Below are positions 10,362-18,761 of a DNA stretch of 64,000 nt, in pieces; the first letter of the stretch is position 1; every line of letters begins with the position of its first letter. The position numbers and the translations under genes were made by a program. The notes under the pieces are model-generated. The model worked only from the letters and a program-made list of their open reading frames with translations, had not been told where the DNA came from and did not search any database. This DNA comes from Elusimicrobia bacterium UBA5214 (lineage in GTDB: Bacteria > Elusimicrobiota > UBA5214), in NCBI GenBank assembly GCA_002412545.1, contig DHVG01000013.1, forward strand, positions 129,315 to 193,314, in the 5' to 3' direction.

Positions 10362-11270
10362 TTATTTTTTTTCTCCTTCTTTTGAGACAATTTTATCTTT
10401 CTCTTTGAATAATTCAGCAATACCGGAAATCGCTCCTAAAACACCGCTTGTTTCTAAAGGTAAAAATATTTTTGTTGCCTGTCCTTCAGCAATTTTACCT
10501 AATGCCTCAAGATATTTAATCGCAATTAGGTCATTAGTTGGTCTACCTGAATGAATCGCATTAAAAACAGTTTCAATTTGATATTTTTCTGCTTCAGCAA
10601 CTTTTTTAATCGCTTCGGCTTTACCTTCGGCACTGAGAATCGCTGCTTGTTTTTCGCCTTCAGCTTTAGTAATTGCCGCTTGACGAAAACCTTCAGCTTC
10701 TAAAATTACTGCTCGTTTTTCGCGTTCTGCTTTCATCTGTTTAGACATCGCATCAGTTATATCTTTCGGTGGTTCAATTTTTTGGATTTCCACCCGGGTA
10801 ACCTTCACACCCCATTTGTCGGTTGCTTCGTCAAGGACACGGCGCAGTTGGTCATTAATCCTTTCTCTTGAAGTTAAGGTTTGGTCAAGTTCCATATCTC
10901 CAATTACATTGCGTAAATTTGTTTGGGCTAATTTAAGTGCGGCTAAAGCAAAATTGGCTACATTATAAATTACTTTAAAGGGGTCAGTCACCTGAAAATA
11001 AATTACCGCGTCAACCGTAACTAAAACATTATCTCTGGTAATCACATCCTGTGGTGGAACATCAATTACCTGTTCTCTAATGTCTACTTTTCTTATCGTC
11101 TCCAGCATCGGAATAATGAAAGCCAAACCCGATTCTTCGGTACGATTGTATTTACCTAATCTTTCTACTAACCCCTTTTCATAAGGACGAATAATTCTTA
11201 ATGCAGTTCTTGCGAAAATAAGTAAAAAAATTATTGCTAAAAATAAAAATGGCACCGGTAACCCTTCCAT
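10362..11270 (-). CDS. SPFH/band 7 (stomatin/prohibitin-like) membrane protein
   Basis: N-terminal TM helix, SPFH core (RTEESGLAFIIPMLETIRKVDIREQVIDVPPQDVITRDN...), repetitive AEGxxQAAI C-terminal coiled region. Confidence 0.85.
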   Translation of the reverse strand: MEGLPVPFLFLAIIFLLIFARTALRIIRPYEKGLVERLGKYNRTEESGLAFIIPMLETIRKVDIREQVIDVPPQDVITRDNVLVTVDAVIYFQVTDPFKVIYNVANFALAALKLAQTNLRNVIGDMELDQTLTSRERINDQLRRVLDEATDKWGVKVTRVEIQKIEPPKDITDAMSKQMKAEREKRAVILEAEGFRQAAITKAEGEKQAAILSAEGKAEAIKKVAEAEKYQIETVFNAIHSGRPTNDLIAIKYLEALGKIAEGQATKIFLPLETSGVLGAISGIAELFKEKDKIVSKEGEKK

Positions 11271-11290
11271 CTTTTTTCCTCCTTTTTAAC

Positions 11291-12466
11291 CTATAAAATT
11301 TTTTGGGCTGCTTTGTGGAATGTTTCAATAATTCGGTTAATTGTTTCTTCAGACATAATTACTGAAATTGAAATTGCTACACTCTTTTTAAGAATTTCAT
11401 CAGAGTGTGGAAATAATTCTTCTATCTTTTTATATTTTTTATAGCGACTAATCTTTTTGTATATTTGTGGCCAATTAGGAAAATAATGCCAGCCTAAAGC
11501 GGAAGGTAAAATTTTGAGTGGAACTTTTTCTTGATTGAGAAACTGTGCGAATTCTTTTGCTTGTTCAGGGGTCGGTAAAAATACTACCAAAGTGTCTCCG
11601 CCATCACCATCCGGGTCAGGTCGTTCTCTGAATTTAAGCCCTTTAATATTTTTTATCCCATTTTTTATTTTTTCTTTGTTCTTTCTTTGTTCTTGAATTA
11701 CATAATCTAACCGTGAAAGTTGCACTAAACCGATTGCACTTTGTAATTCATTCATCCGATAATTAAAACCGGCGATACTCTTTGTGTCTTCCCCACGAGG
11801 AATATCTGGTTTATGCTCGTGCCCATGGTCAGCATACCAAGAACTTCTTAAATAGAAATCTTTATTATTTGTCACCACCATCCCACCTTCACCGGTAGTG
11901 ATTGTTTTCACAAAGTCAAAACTGTAACAACCAAGATTACCAAGTGTGCCGACTTTTTTGCCAAAATAAGAAGAACCGCAGGACTGACAAGCATCTTCAA
12001 TTATAAACAAATTATACTTGCGGGCAATTTCCATAATTTCTTTCATTTCTGCCGGTACACCTAACATATGTATCGGAATAATCGCTTTTGTTCTTTTAGT
12101 AATTTTTTTCTCTATATCTTCCGGGAGAATATTTAATGTTTCATTAATCTCACAGATTACTGGCTCGGCTCCTGCTTCCAAGATTGCTTCTACCGTAGCA
12201 ACAAAAGTGAAACACGAAGTAATTACTTCATCATCTTTGCCGATATCTAAAGCCGCAAGAGCTACCCTTAATGCCGCTGTCCCTGAACTTACCGCTTGAG
12301 CATATTTTACACTCATATATTGGGCAAATTTTTCTTCAAATTCTTTAACTTTATAGATACCTTTCCTTTCTTTATCAAAACCATAGCGGAAAAATATCCC
12401 ACTCCGATTAATTACATCAAGTAAAGCACTTTTTTCTTCTTCACCGATTAACTCATATCCAGGCAT
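11291..12466 (-). CDS. DegT/DnrJ/EryC1/StrS-family PLP-dependent aminotransferase
   Basis: Fold-type I sugar-aminotransferase pattern with PLP-lysine region SFDFVKTITTGEGG; 391 aa. Confidence 0.8.
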   Translation of the reverse strand: MPGYELIGEEEKSALLDVINRSGIFFRYGFDKERKGIYKVKEFEEKFAQYMSVKYAQAVSSGTAALRVALAALDIGKDDEVITSCFTFVATVEAILEAGAEPVICEINETLNILPEDIEKKITKRTKAIIPIHMLGVPAEMKEIMEIARKYNLFIIEDACQSCGSSYFGKKVGTLGNLGCYSFDFVKTITTGEGGMVVTNNKDFYLRSSWYADHGHEHKPDIPRGEDTKSIAGFNYRMNELQSAIGLVQLSRLDYVIQEQRKNKEKIKNGIKNIKGLKFRERPDPDGDGGDTLVVFLPTPEQAKEFAQFLNQEKVPLKILPSALGWHYFPNWPQIYKKISRYKKYKKIEELFPHSDEILKKSVAISISVIMSEETINRIIETFHKAAQKIL

Positions 12467-12480
12467 TTTTTTATCTCCTC

Positions 12481-13665
12481 TTAACTATGTGCACTAATCA
12501 ATTCTTCAAGAATTTCTCTTGCTGTTTTTTCATCAAAAGGATGAGGATTATTTTCAATTACCGGCTTAAGTAAAAAAGTATTTTCTACTAATCCCGGGAT
12601 TGCAGATTCAGGAATATTGAATTTACTTAAATCTTTTGGTATTCCAATTTTTTCATTTAATTCGACCACTCTCTCCCAAACAAAAGAAACAGCCTTTTCT
12701 TCACTTTCTTCAAGGATGCTCATTTTTTGTGCGAGATGTGCAAACTTTTCTGGTCTATCTGGTCTATTTTTATAGTTATATCTCATTATATAAGGAATTA
12801 AAATACCATTCGCTAAACCATGAGGTATTTTAAAAAAAACACTTAAAGGGTAAGATAAAGCATGTGCTGCACCTACCCCGGCATTAGCAATTGCAATACC
12901 TGCTAAACAACTACCTAAAAGAAGGTTGGTCCGGGCTTGAACATCTTGACCATTTTTTACAGCCAGGGGAAGGTTGTTCCAAATCAACTCAAAAGCTTCT
13001 AAAGCAAACATATCTGAGATTGGTGAACTACGTTTAGCAACATAAGATTCAATGGCATGAGTTAAAGCATCCATACCAGTAGAAGCAGTAATTTCTTTTG
13101 GTAAACTTAAAGTCAATTCTGGGTCAAGTAAAACCAAATCAGTAAAAAGATAAGAACTATTTATACCTAATTTTATCTTTTTTCTACGGTTAATAAAAAC
13201 TGCTGTGGGGGTAACTTCACTACCTGTCCCGGCAGTGGTCGGAACTAAAATTGTCTTTACACCGGGGGCTTTAATTTTACTCCCAAATCCTTGATACTCT
13301 TCCGCTTTACCTTCATTAGTAATCAATATCGCCGCTGCTTTGGCTACATCTAAGACACTCCCTCCCCCGATACCAATAATTAAGTCGCATTTTTCTTTTT
13401 TTCCTAACTGCGCACAAGAATCGGCAATTTCTAATTCTGGCTCCGAACTGACTCCGTCGTAAAGAATAGTCTTCAGATTTTCATTTTTAAGTATTGTTTC
13501 AATTCTATTTATTAATCCCAAACTTTTTAGATTTTTGTCTGTAACAAGCAAAACTGTTTTTGCAGCAAAATTTTTTGCTTCTTTACCTAAATTACTAATT
13601 TTACCGTAACCAAAACTTATTCGTTTTACCGTATGAAAATTAAACTCCATTTGAGTTGACTGCAT
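12481..13665 (-). CDS. iron-containing alcohol dehydrogenase family protein
   Basis: GGGS dinucleotide-binding motif (IGIGGGSVLDVAKA) and metal-binding His region (AHALSYPL...HG) typical of Fe-ADH / DHQS-like superfamily. Confidence 0.8.
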   Translation of the reverse strand: MQSTQMEFNFHTVKRISFGYGKISNLGKEAKNFAAKTVLLVTDKNLKSLGLINRIETILKNENLKTILYDGVSSEPELEIADSCAQLGKKEKCDLIIGIGGGSVLDVAKAAAILITNEGKAEEYQGFGSKIKAPGVKTILVPTTAGTGSEVTPTAVFINRRKKIKLGINSSYLFTDLVLLDPELTLSLPKEITASTGMDALTHAIESYVAKRSSPISDMFALEAFELIWNNLPLAVKNGQDVQARTNLLLGSCLAGIAIANAGVGAAHALSYPLSVFFKIPHGLANGILIPYIMRYNYKNRPDRPEKFAHLAQKMSILEESEEKAVSFVWERVVELNEKIGIPKDLSKFNIPESAIPGLVENTFLLKPVIENNPHPFDEKTAREILEELISAHS

Positions 13666-13666
13666 C

Positions 13667-14143
13667 TCATTTACTTTCCAAAATTTTCTTTACCAATAAT
13701 TTTGTCCCTTCAATTCCGATTATTTCCACCCATTCGTCCCGTAGAATACTTTTACGGGATTCATTTGAGGTAATTATTTCTTTTTCGTCCAATAAAAAGG
13801 CAAGCCATTCTTCTCCTTCTACTTTAACTCTACCTTTCTTATCTACTGGGTTGAAAGATTCTACTACTAACGCTTTTTTGCCAATTAAAGAATCAACTGC
13901 CACTCGGGTAACACCTTTTTTCGTTAATCTTTTTGCTAAAGGACGAGTCAAAATTACAAGCAACAAAGAAGCAAAGAAAAAAATTAGCCAGAGGAAAAAG
14001 TTTTCCTTAACAAATAAAGAAAAAATAAAAGTAATTAAAGCCGCAGTTCCAATGGAAGCAAGAAAAAAAATGGAAGGAGTAAGAATTTCAAGCAGATAAC
14101 AAAGTATGGCAAAAATTAACCAAAAAAAATGTATGTCAATCAT
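13667..14143 (-). CDS. NfeD-family membrane protein (OB-fold C-terminus)
   Basis: Three N-terminal TM helices plus short C-terminal beta-rich domain, 158 aa; ATGA overlap with lepB upstream. NfeD normally pairs with an SPFH gene. Confidence 0.65.
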   Translation of the reverse strand: MIDIHFFWLIFAILCYLLEILTPSIFFLASIGTAALITFIFSLFVKENFFLWLIFFFASLLLVILTRPLAKRLTKKGVTRVAVDSLIGKKALVVESFNPVDKKGRVKVEGEEWLAFLLDEKEIITSNESRKSILRDEWVEIIGIEGTKLLVKKILESK

Positions 14144-14910
14144 TTGATTATTTTTATTCTTTTTATTGGCCAGTAAAGAAATAAGGCACGACCCTTAAGA
14201 TATTTGTCTGCTAACGGTCCCCAAAAACGTGAATCAAAAGAACTATCCCGGTTATCTCCAAGGACAAGATAATATCCTTGGGGAACTTTTACTGGACCAA
14301 AATTATCTCTTACTGTCCCTCCAATCATCTGAGCAAATTTCCCTTCTTCCCAAGATTTCTGGTAATTTTCTGAATTAGGGAAAAAATGTGGTGCGGGATA
14401 AACAACCTCTTGATTATAGTAAGCATGCAATTCGTCTAAAAGTTTACCATTAATATAAATTTTCTTATTTCTAATTTCCACCATGTCACCCGGCAAACCA
14501 ATACACCGTTTGATAAAATCTTTTTGTACTTTTTTTTCTCTTTCTAACGGTGAAAGTGCTTCCGGCGGACAGGAGAAAATGATTATTTCTCCCCGTTTAA
14601 CTTTCTGCAAGGGAAAAATTCTTATTTCCGTAAAAGGTATCCGTAAACCATAGATAAACTTGTTTACAAATAAATGGTCACCTTCAATTAGTGTTGGACG
14701 CATTGAACCGGAAGGTATTTTGAATGCTTGAATAATAAAGTTCATAATTAAGGCAGCTAAAATTACTGCTGAAAATAGAGTATCGATCCAGTCTAAAACT
14801 TGACTAAAGAATTTTTCACTTTTTTTACTCTTTATTCTCGGACGGAAAAGACGTAAAAAAATAGTTAATAAACCAAGAATAACACCAAACCAGATAATTT
14901 TCGTTTCCAT
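14140..14910 (-). CDS. lepB: signal peptidase I
   Basis: Catalytic Ser box SGSMRPTL and conserved GDNRDSSFDSRFWG box. Confidence 0.9.
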   Translation of the reverse strand: METKIIWFGVILGLLTIFLRLFRPRIKSKKSEKFFSQVLDWIDTLFSAVILAALIMNFIIQAFKIPSGSMRPTLIEGDHLFVNKFIYGLRIPFTEIRIFPLQKVKRGEIIIFSCPPEALSPLEREKKVQKDFIKRCIGLPGDMVEIRNKKIYINGKLLDELHAYYNQEVVYPAPHFFPNSENYQKSWEEGKFAQMIGGTVRDNFGPVKVPQGYYLVLGDNRDSSFDSRFWGPLADKYLKGRALFLYWPIKRIKIIK

Positions 14911-14927
14911 TGAGATGATTACCCCTT

Positions 14928-16712
14928 TTATGTTTTGAATATAGAAAAAAATGCTTCCGGTGGAATATTCACTTCACCAAATTGTTGCATTTTCTTTTTA
15001 CCTTCCTTCTGTTTCTGCAATAGTTTTCTCTTCCTTGTAATATCCCCACCGTAACATTTCGCGGTAACATCTTTACGCAACGGTGGTATATTTTCACGAG
15101 CAATAATTTTGTTATTCACTCGTGCTTGTATTGGCACAGAGAAAAGATGCCGCGGGATAAGTTGAGAAAGTTTTTCTACTAATTTATTTCCTTTATTATA
15201 TGCATTATCCCGATGGATAAGAAAAGAAAAAGCATCAACTACTTGATGATTAACCAAAATTTCTAATTTCACAAGGTCACTTTTTCTAAACCCAATTATT
15301 TCGTAATCAAAAGAGGCATAACCTTGAGTAACTGATTTCAATTGGTCATAAAAATCATAAACAATTTCTGCAAGCGGTAATTCATAATAAAGAAGAACAC
15401 GTTCTGAAGAAATATAACGGAGTGTTTTAAATTTCGCTTGCCGATTATCAAGCATATTCATTACTGCACCAACATACTCTTTGGGAGTAACAATCATCGC
15501 TGAAACATAATTTTCTTCAATTTCTTTAATTTCATTTATTGGTGGTAATTGTATCGGATGATTAATTTCTATTACTTCACCATTTATTTTTCTTACCTGA
15601 TAAATAACATTGGGTGAAGTAACCAAAAGTTCTAATCTAAATTCACGTTTTAATCGTTCTTTAACTATTTCTAAATGCAAAACACCTAAAAAACCACAAC
15701 GAAATCCCGCACCAAGAATTTGTGAATTCTCCGGAATAAAGTAAAAAGAACTATCCGTAAGATGTAATTTTTCTAAAGCAAGTTGTAAATGTGGGTAATC
15801 CGCTGGATTTAGAGGATAAAATCCACTAAAAACATAGGGTTTAACTTCTCGGAATCCAGGATAAGTTTTTTTCCTTTCCGAATCTTTCTCTATCAGAAGG
15901 TCACCTATTTTTACTTGATGAATATCTTTAATTCCCGCAATACAATAACCCACTTCACCCGCAAAGAGACTTTTACTTTTTACCATTTTCAGTTGTAAAT
16001 ACCCCACTTCATTTACTTCATAAATTCCACCTGAGGAAATAAATTGTATCTTTTGTCCTTCGAAAATTTTTCCTTCTAAAATTTTTACATACAACACTAC
16101 ACCCCGGAATGGGTCATAAAAAGAATCAAAAACTAAAGCTTCTAAAGAAGTTTCTGTAGAACCATAAGGAGGTCGAATCTTTTTTACAATCGTTTCTAAA
16201 ATTTCTTCTGTTCCTAATCCTTGCTTTGCACTCGCCAAAAGTGGTTCTTCTTCAATTCCTAAGATTTCTTTTATTTGTTTTTTTGTTCCTTCAATATCTG
16301 TCTGCGGCAAGTCAATCTTGTTGACCACTGGAATGACTACCAAATTATTTTTTCTGGCTAACTCAAAATTGGCTAAGGTTTGCGCTTCTACACCTTGACT
16401 TGCATCAATTAATAAAAGACATCCTTCACAAGCGGCTAACGCACGAGAAACTTCATAAGTAAAATCTACATGTCCCGGGGTATCAATCAAGTTGAAAATA
16501 TAATTCTTTCCGTCAAGAGATACATAGTTCAAACGTACCGTTTTTGCCTTGATGGTAATACCTCGCTCCCGTTCTAATTCTAAACCATCAAGAATTTGTG
16601 GTTGATGACTTTTTTGCGAAATCAACCCGGTATATTCTAAAAAACGATCAGCAAGAGTCGATTTACCATGGTCAATATGAGCAATAATCGAAAAATTACG
16701 AATATTTTTCAT
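14928..16712 (-). CDS. lepA: elongation factor 4 (LepA)
   Basis: G-domain NFSIIAHIDHGKSTLADR, DTPGHVDF, NKID; 594 aa; classic lepA-lepB pairing. Confidence 0.95.
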   Translation of the reverse strand: MKNIRNFSIIAHIDHGKSTLADRFLEYTGLISQKSHQPQILDGLELERERGITIKAKTVRLNYVSLDGKNYIFNLIDTPGHVDFTYEVSRALAACEGCLLLIDASQGVEAQTLANFELARKNNLVVIPVVNKIDLPQTDIEGTKKQIKEILGIEEEPLLASAKQGLGTEEILETIVKKIRPPYGSTETSLEALVFDSFYDPFRGVVLYVKILEGKIFEGQKIQFISSGGIYEVNEVGYLQLKMVKSKSLFAGEVGYCIAGIKDIHQVKIGDLLIEKDSERKKTYPGFREVKPYVFSGFYPLNPADYPHLQLALEKLHLTDSSFYFIPENSQILGAGFRCGFLGVLHLEIVKERLKREFRLELLVTSPNVIYQVRKINGEVIEINHPIQLPPINEIKEIEENYVSAMIVTPKEYVGAVMNMLDNRQAKFKTLRYISSERVLLYYELPLAEIVYDFYDQLKSVTQGYASFDYEIIGFRKSDLVKLEILVNHQVVDAFSFLIHRDNAYNKGNKLVEKLSQLIPRHLFSVPIQARVNNKIIARENIPPLRKDVTAKCYGGDITRKRKLLQKQKEGKKKMQQFGEVNIPPEAFFSIFKT

Positions 16713-18435
16713 TTATTTTTTGGGCAATTTCTTCGATTGTTTTTTTATCTTCAGCTGAAGTAATTTCTTCGGCTAATTTCTCTGCTTCAGAATAAGAAAA
16801 TTCACGAATAATTTTTTTCACTTTTGGCACTACACTCGCCGGGACACTTAACCCATTTATTCCCATACCAACAAACATTATTGTAAAGACCGGGTCAGCA
16901 ACCATCTCTCCACAAGTGCCAATCCACTTACTTGCACGCTGTGCTGCAACGATAATCTGTTTAATCAAACGCAAAATTGAGGGATGAGCGGGGTCATATA
17001 AATTAGCAACATTTTCATTACCGCGGTCTACGGCTAATGTATATTGAATAAGGTCATTAGTGCCAATGGATAAAAAATCAACTTCCTCTGCAACCAAACT
17101 GGTGATGAGCGCGGCAGCTGGTACTTCAATCAATACCCCAATTTCAATTTTTTCATCAAAAGGTATATTTTCTTCTCTGAGAGACTGTTTCGTTTCTTCA
17201 AGAATCTTTTTCACCTGATGTAATTCTTCGATGCGACTAACCATCGGAAAAAGTATCTTCAATTTACCTTCCACCGAAGCACGCAAAATTGCCCGCAGTT
17301 GCACTTTTAAAATCTCCGGATAACGTAAACAAAAACGTATTGAGCGCAAACCAAGAAAAGGATTACGTTCTGTTAAAGATATTCCTTTAAGTTCGGCAAT
17401 TTGTGGAAAAAGTTTATCTCCCCCTAAATCTAAAGTACGAATTACTACCGAATGAGGATAGACATTTTTAGCTACTTTTAAATAATTTTCGTATTGTTCT
17501 TTTTCACTTGGCAAATCTATACGGTCAAGATAAAGAAACTCGGTACGGTATAAACCAATTCCTTCTGCACCATAATGAAGGACTAATTCAATCTCTTCTG
17601 GTCGTTCAATATTGGCCGCTAAATTGATTGAACGTCCATCAAGAGTTGTTGCTTTTAACTTAACTAATTTTTGTAATTCTTCTTTTTTATACAGATACTC
17701 CTTAAGTTTTTCTTGATAAATTTTAACTGTTTGGTCATCAGGATTAACAGTTACTACACCTTCATTACCGTCAATGATTAAGGTATCACCATTTCTTACC
17801 TGGCGAGTAATATTTTTCAGTCCAACCACTGCCGGAATTTCAAAAGATTGAGCCAGTAATGCTGTATGACTCGTTCTTCCACCGACATCGGTAGCAAAAC
17901 CAATTACTTTTTCTTCTTTAAGGTTTACGGTATCTCCGGGAGCAAGATTATGGGCAACAACTATTGCATTTCCTGGTAAATTAATTAAAAAAGTCTTTTC
18001 TTTACCTAAGAGATAACGAACAATCTTCCTCCGCAGCGCAAGAATATCCTCGGTTCTTTCCCGAAAATAACTATCTTCTACCGTTTCCAAAGTCTTTATT
18101 ACTTTTTCAGTAACTTCATAAACTACCCAGTCAGCATTAAGGGCGCTGGAGGTAATTTTTTTCGGCACATCACGGGTCAAAAGAGGGTCATCAAGAATTA
18201 AAAGATGAGCATCAATCAGTCGGCTATGTTCTTTTCCTAAAGACCGCAAAACTTTATCTTTTGTCTGGAGTATTTCTTGACGGACAGAACTTACTGCTTC
18301 TCGAAAACGACGTAATTCATTTTTTATTTCTTCCTGACTTAAACTTCGGGGATAAATAGATAAATCTTCTTCCTCAAGGAAGAGAAATACTTTACCAATT
18401 GCAATACCTGAAGATGCCGGTATACCTTTAAGCAT
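16696..18435 (-). CDS. ptsI: phosphoenolpyruvate-protein phosphotransferase (PTS enzyme I)
   Basis: Phospho-His region GGRTSHTALLAQSFEIPAVVG and PEP-utilising TIM-barrel domain; 579 aa. Confidence 0.9.
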   Translation of the reverse strand: MLKGIPASSGIAIGKVFLFLEEEDLSIYPRSLSQEEIKNELRRFREAVSSVRQEILQTKDKVLRSLGKEHSRLIDAHLLILDDPLLTRDVPKKITSSALNADWVVYEVTEKVIKTLETVEDSYFRERTEDILALRRKIVRYLLGKEKTFLINLPGNAIVVAHNLAPGDTVNLKEEKVIGFATDVGGRTSHTALLAQSFEIPAVVGLKNITRQVRNGDTLIIDGNEGVVTVNPDDQTVKIYQEKLKEYLYKKEELQKLVKLKATTLDGRSINLAANIERPEEIELVLHYGAEGIGLYRTEFLYLDRIDLPSEKEQYENYLKVAKNVYPHSVVIRTLDLGGDKLFPQIAELKGISLTERNPFLGLRSIRFCLRYPEILKVQLRAILRASVEGKLKILFPMVSRIEELHQVKKILEETKQSLREENIPFDEKIEIGVLIEVPAAALITSLVAEEVDFLSIGTNDLIQYTLAVDRGNENVANLYDPAHPSILRLIKQIIVAAQRASKWIGTCGEMVADPVFTIMFVGMGINGLSVPASVVPKVKKIIREFSYSEAEKLAEEITSAEDKKTIEEIAQKINEKYS

Positions 18436-18481
18436 TTTTATCTTTCAGTAATCTCAAGATAATTTCAAACCTATTGAAAAG

Positions 18482-18754
18482 CTATTCTTCGCCAAATTTG
18501 TTTTTAATTAGTTCGTCTATTTTATCCAAAAATTTATCTTCTTCTTCTTTTTCACCATCAACAATTACCTTTATCTTTGAACCATATTCCGCAGCTAAGG
18601 TTAACAATCCCATTATTGATTTACCATCAACCTGTTCGTTATCTTTAATTACCTGCACTTTGCCACCAAATTTATTTACCGTTTGAACAAAAAGTGCAGA
18701 CGGACGAGCATGCAGACCAAGTTTATTTTTTATGAGAAAGTTTCGCTCTTGCAT
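18482..18754 (-). CDS. ptsH: phosphocarrier protein HPr
   Basis: Active-site GLHARPSA (His15) and regulatory Ser region KSIMGL; 90 aa. Confidence 0.9.
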   Translation of the reverse strand: MQERNFLIKNKLGLHARPSALFVQTVNKFGGKVQVIKDNEQVDGKSIMGLLTLAAEYGSKIKVIVDGEKEEEDKFLDKIDELIKNKFGEE

Positions 18755-18761
18755 GGTTATC

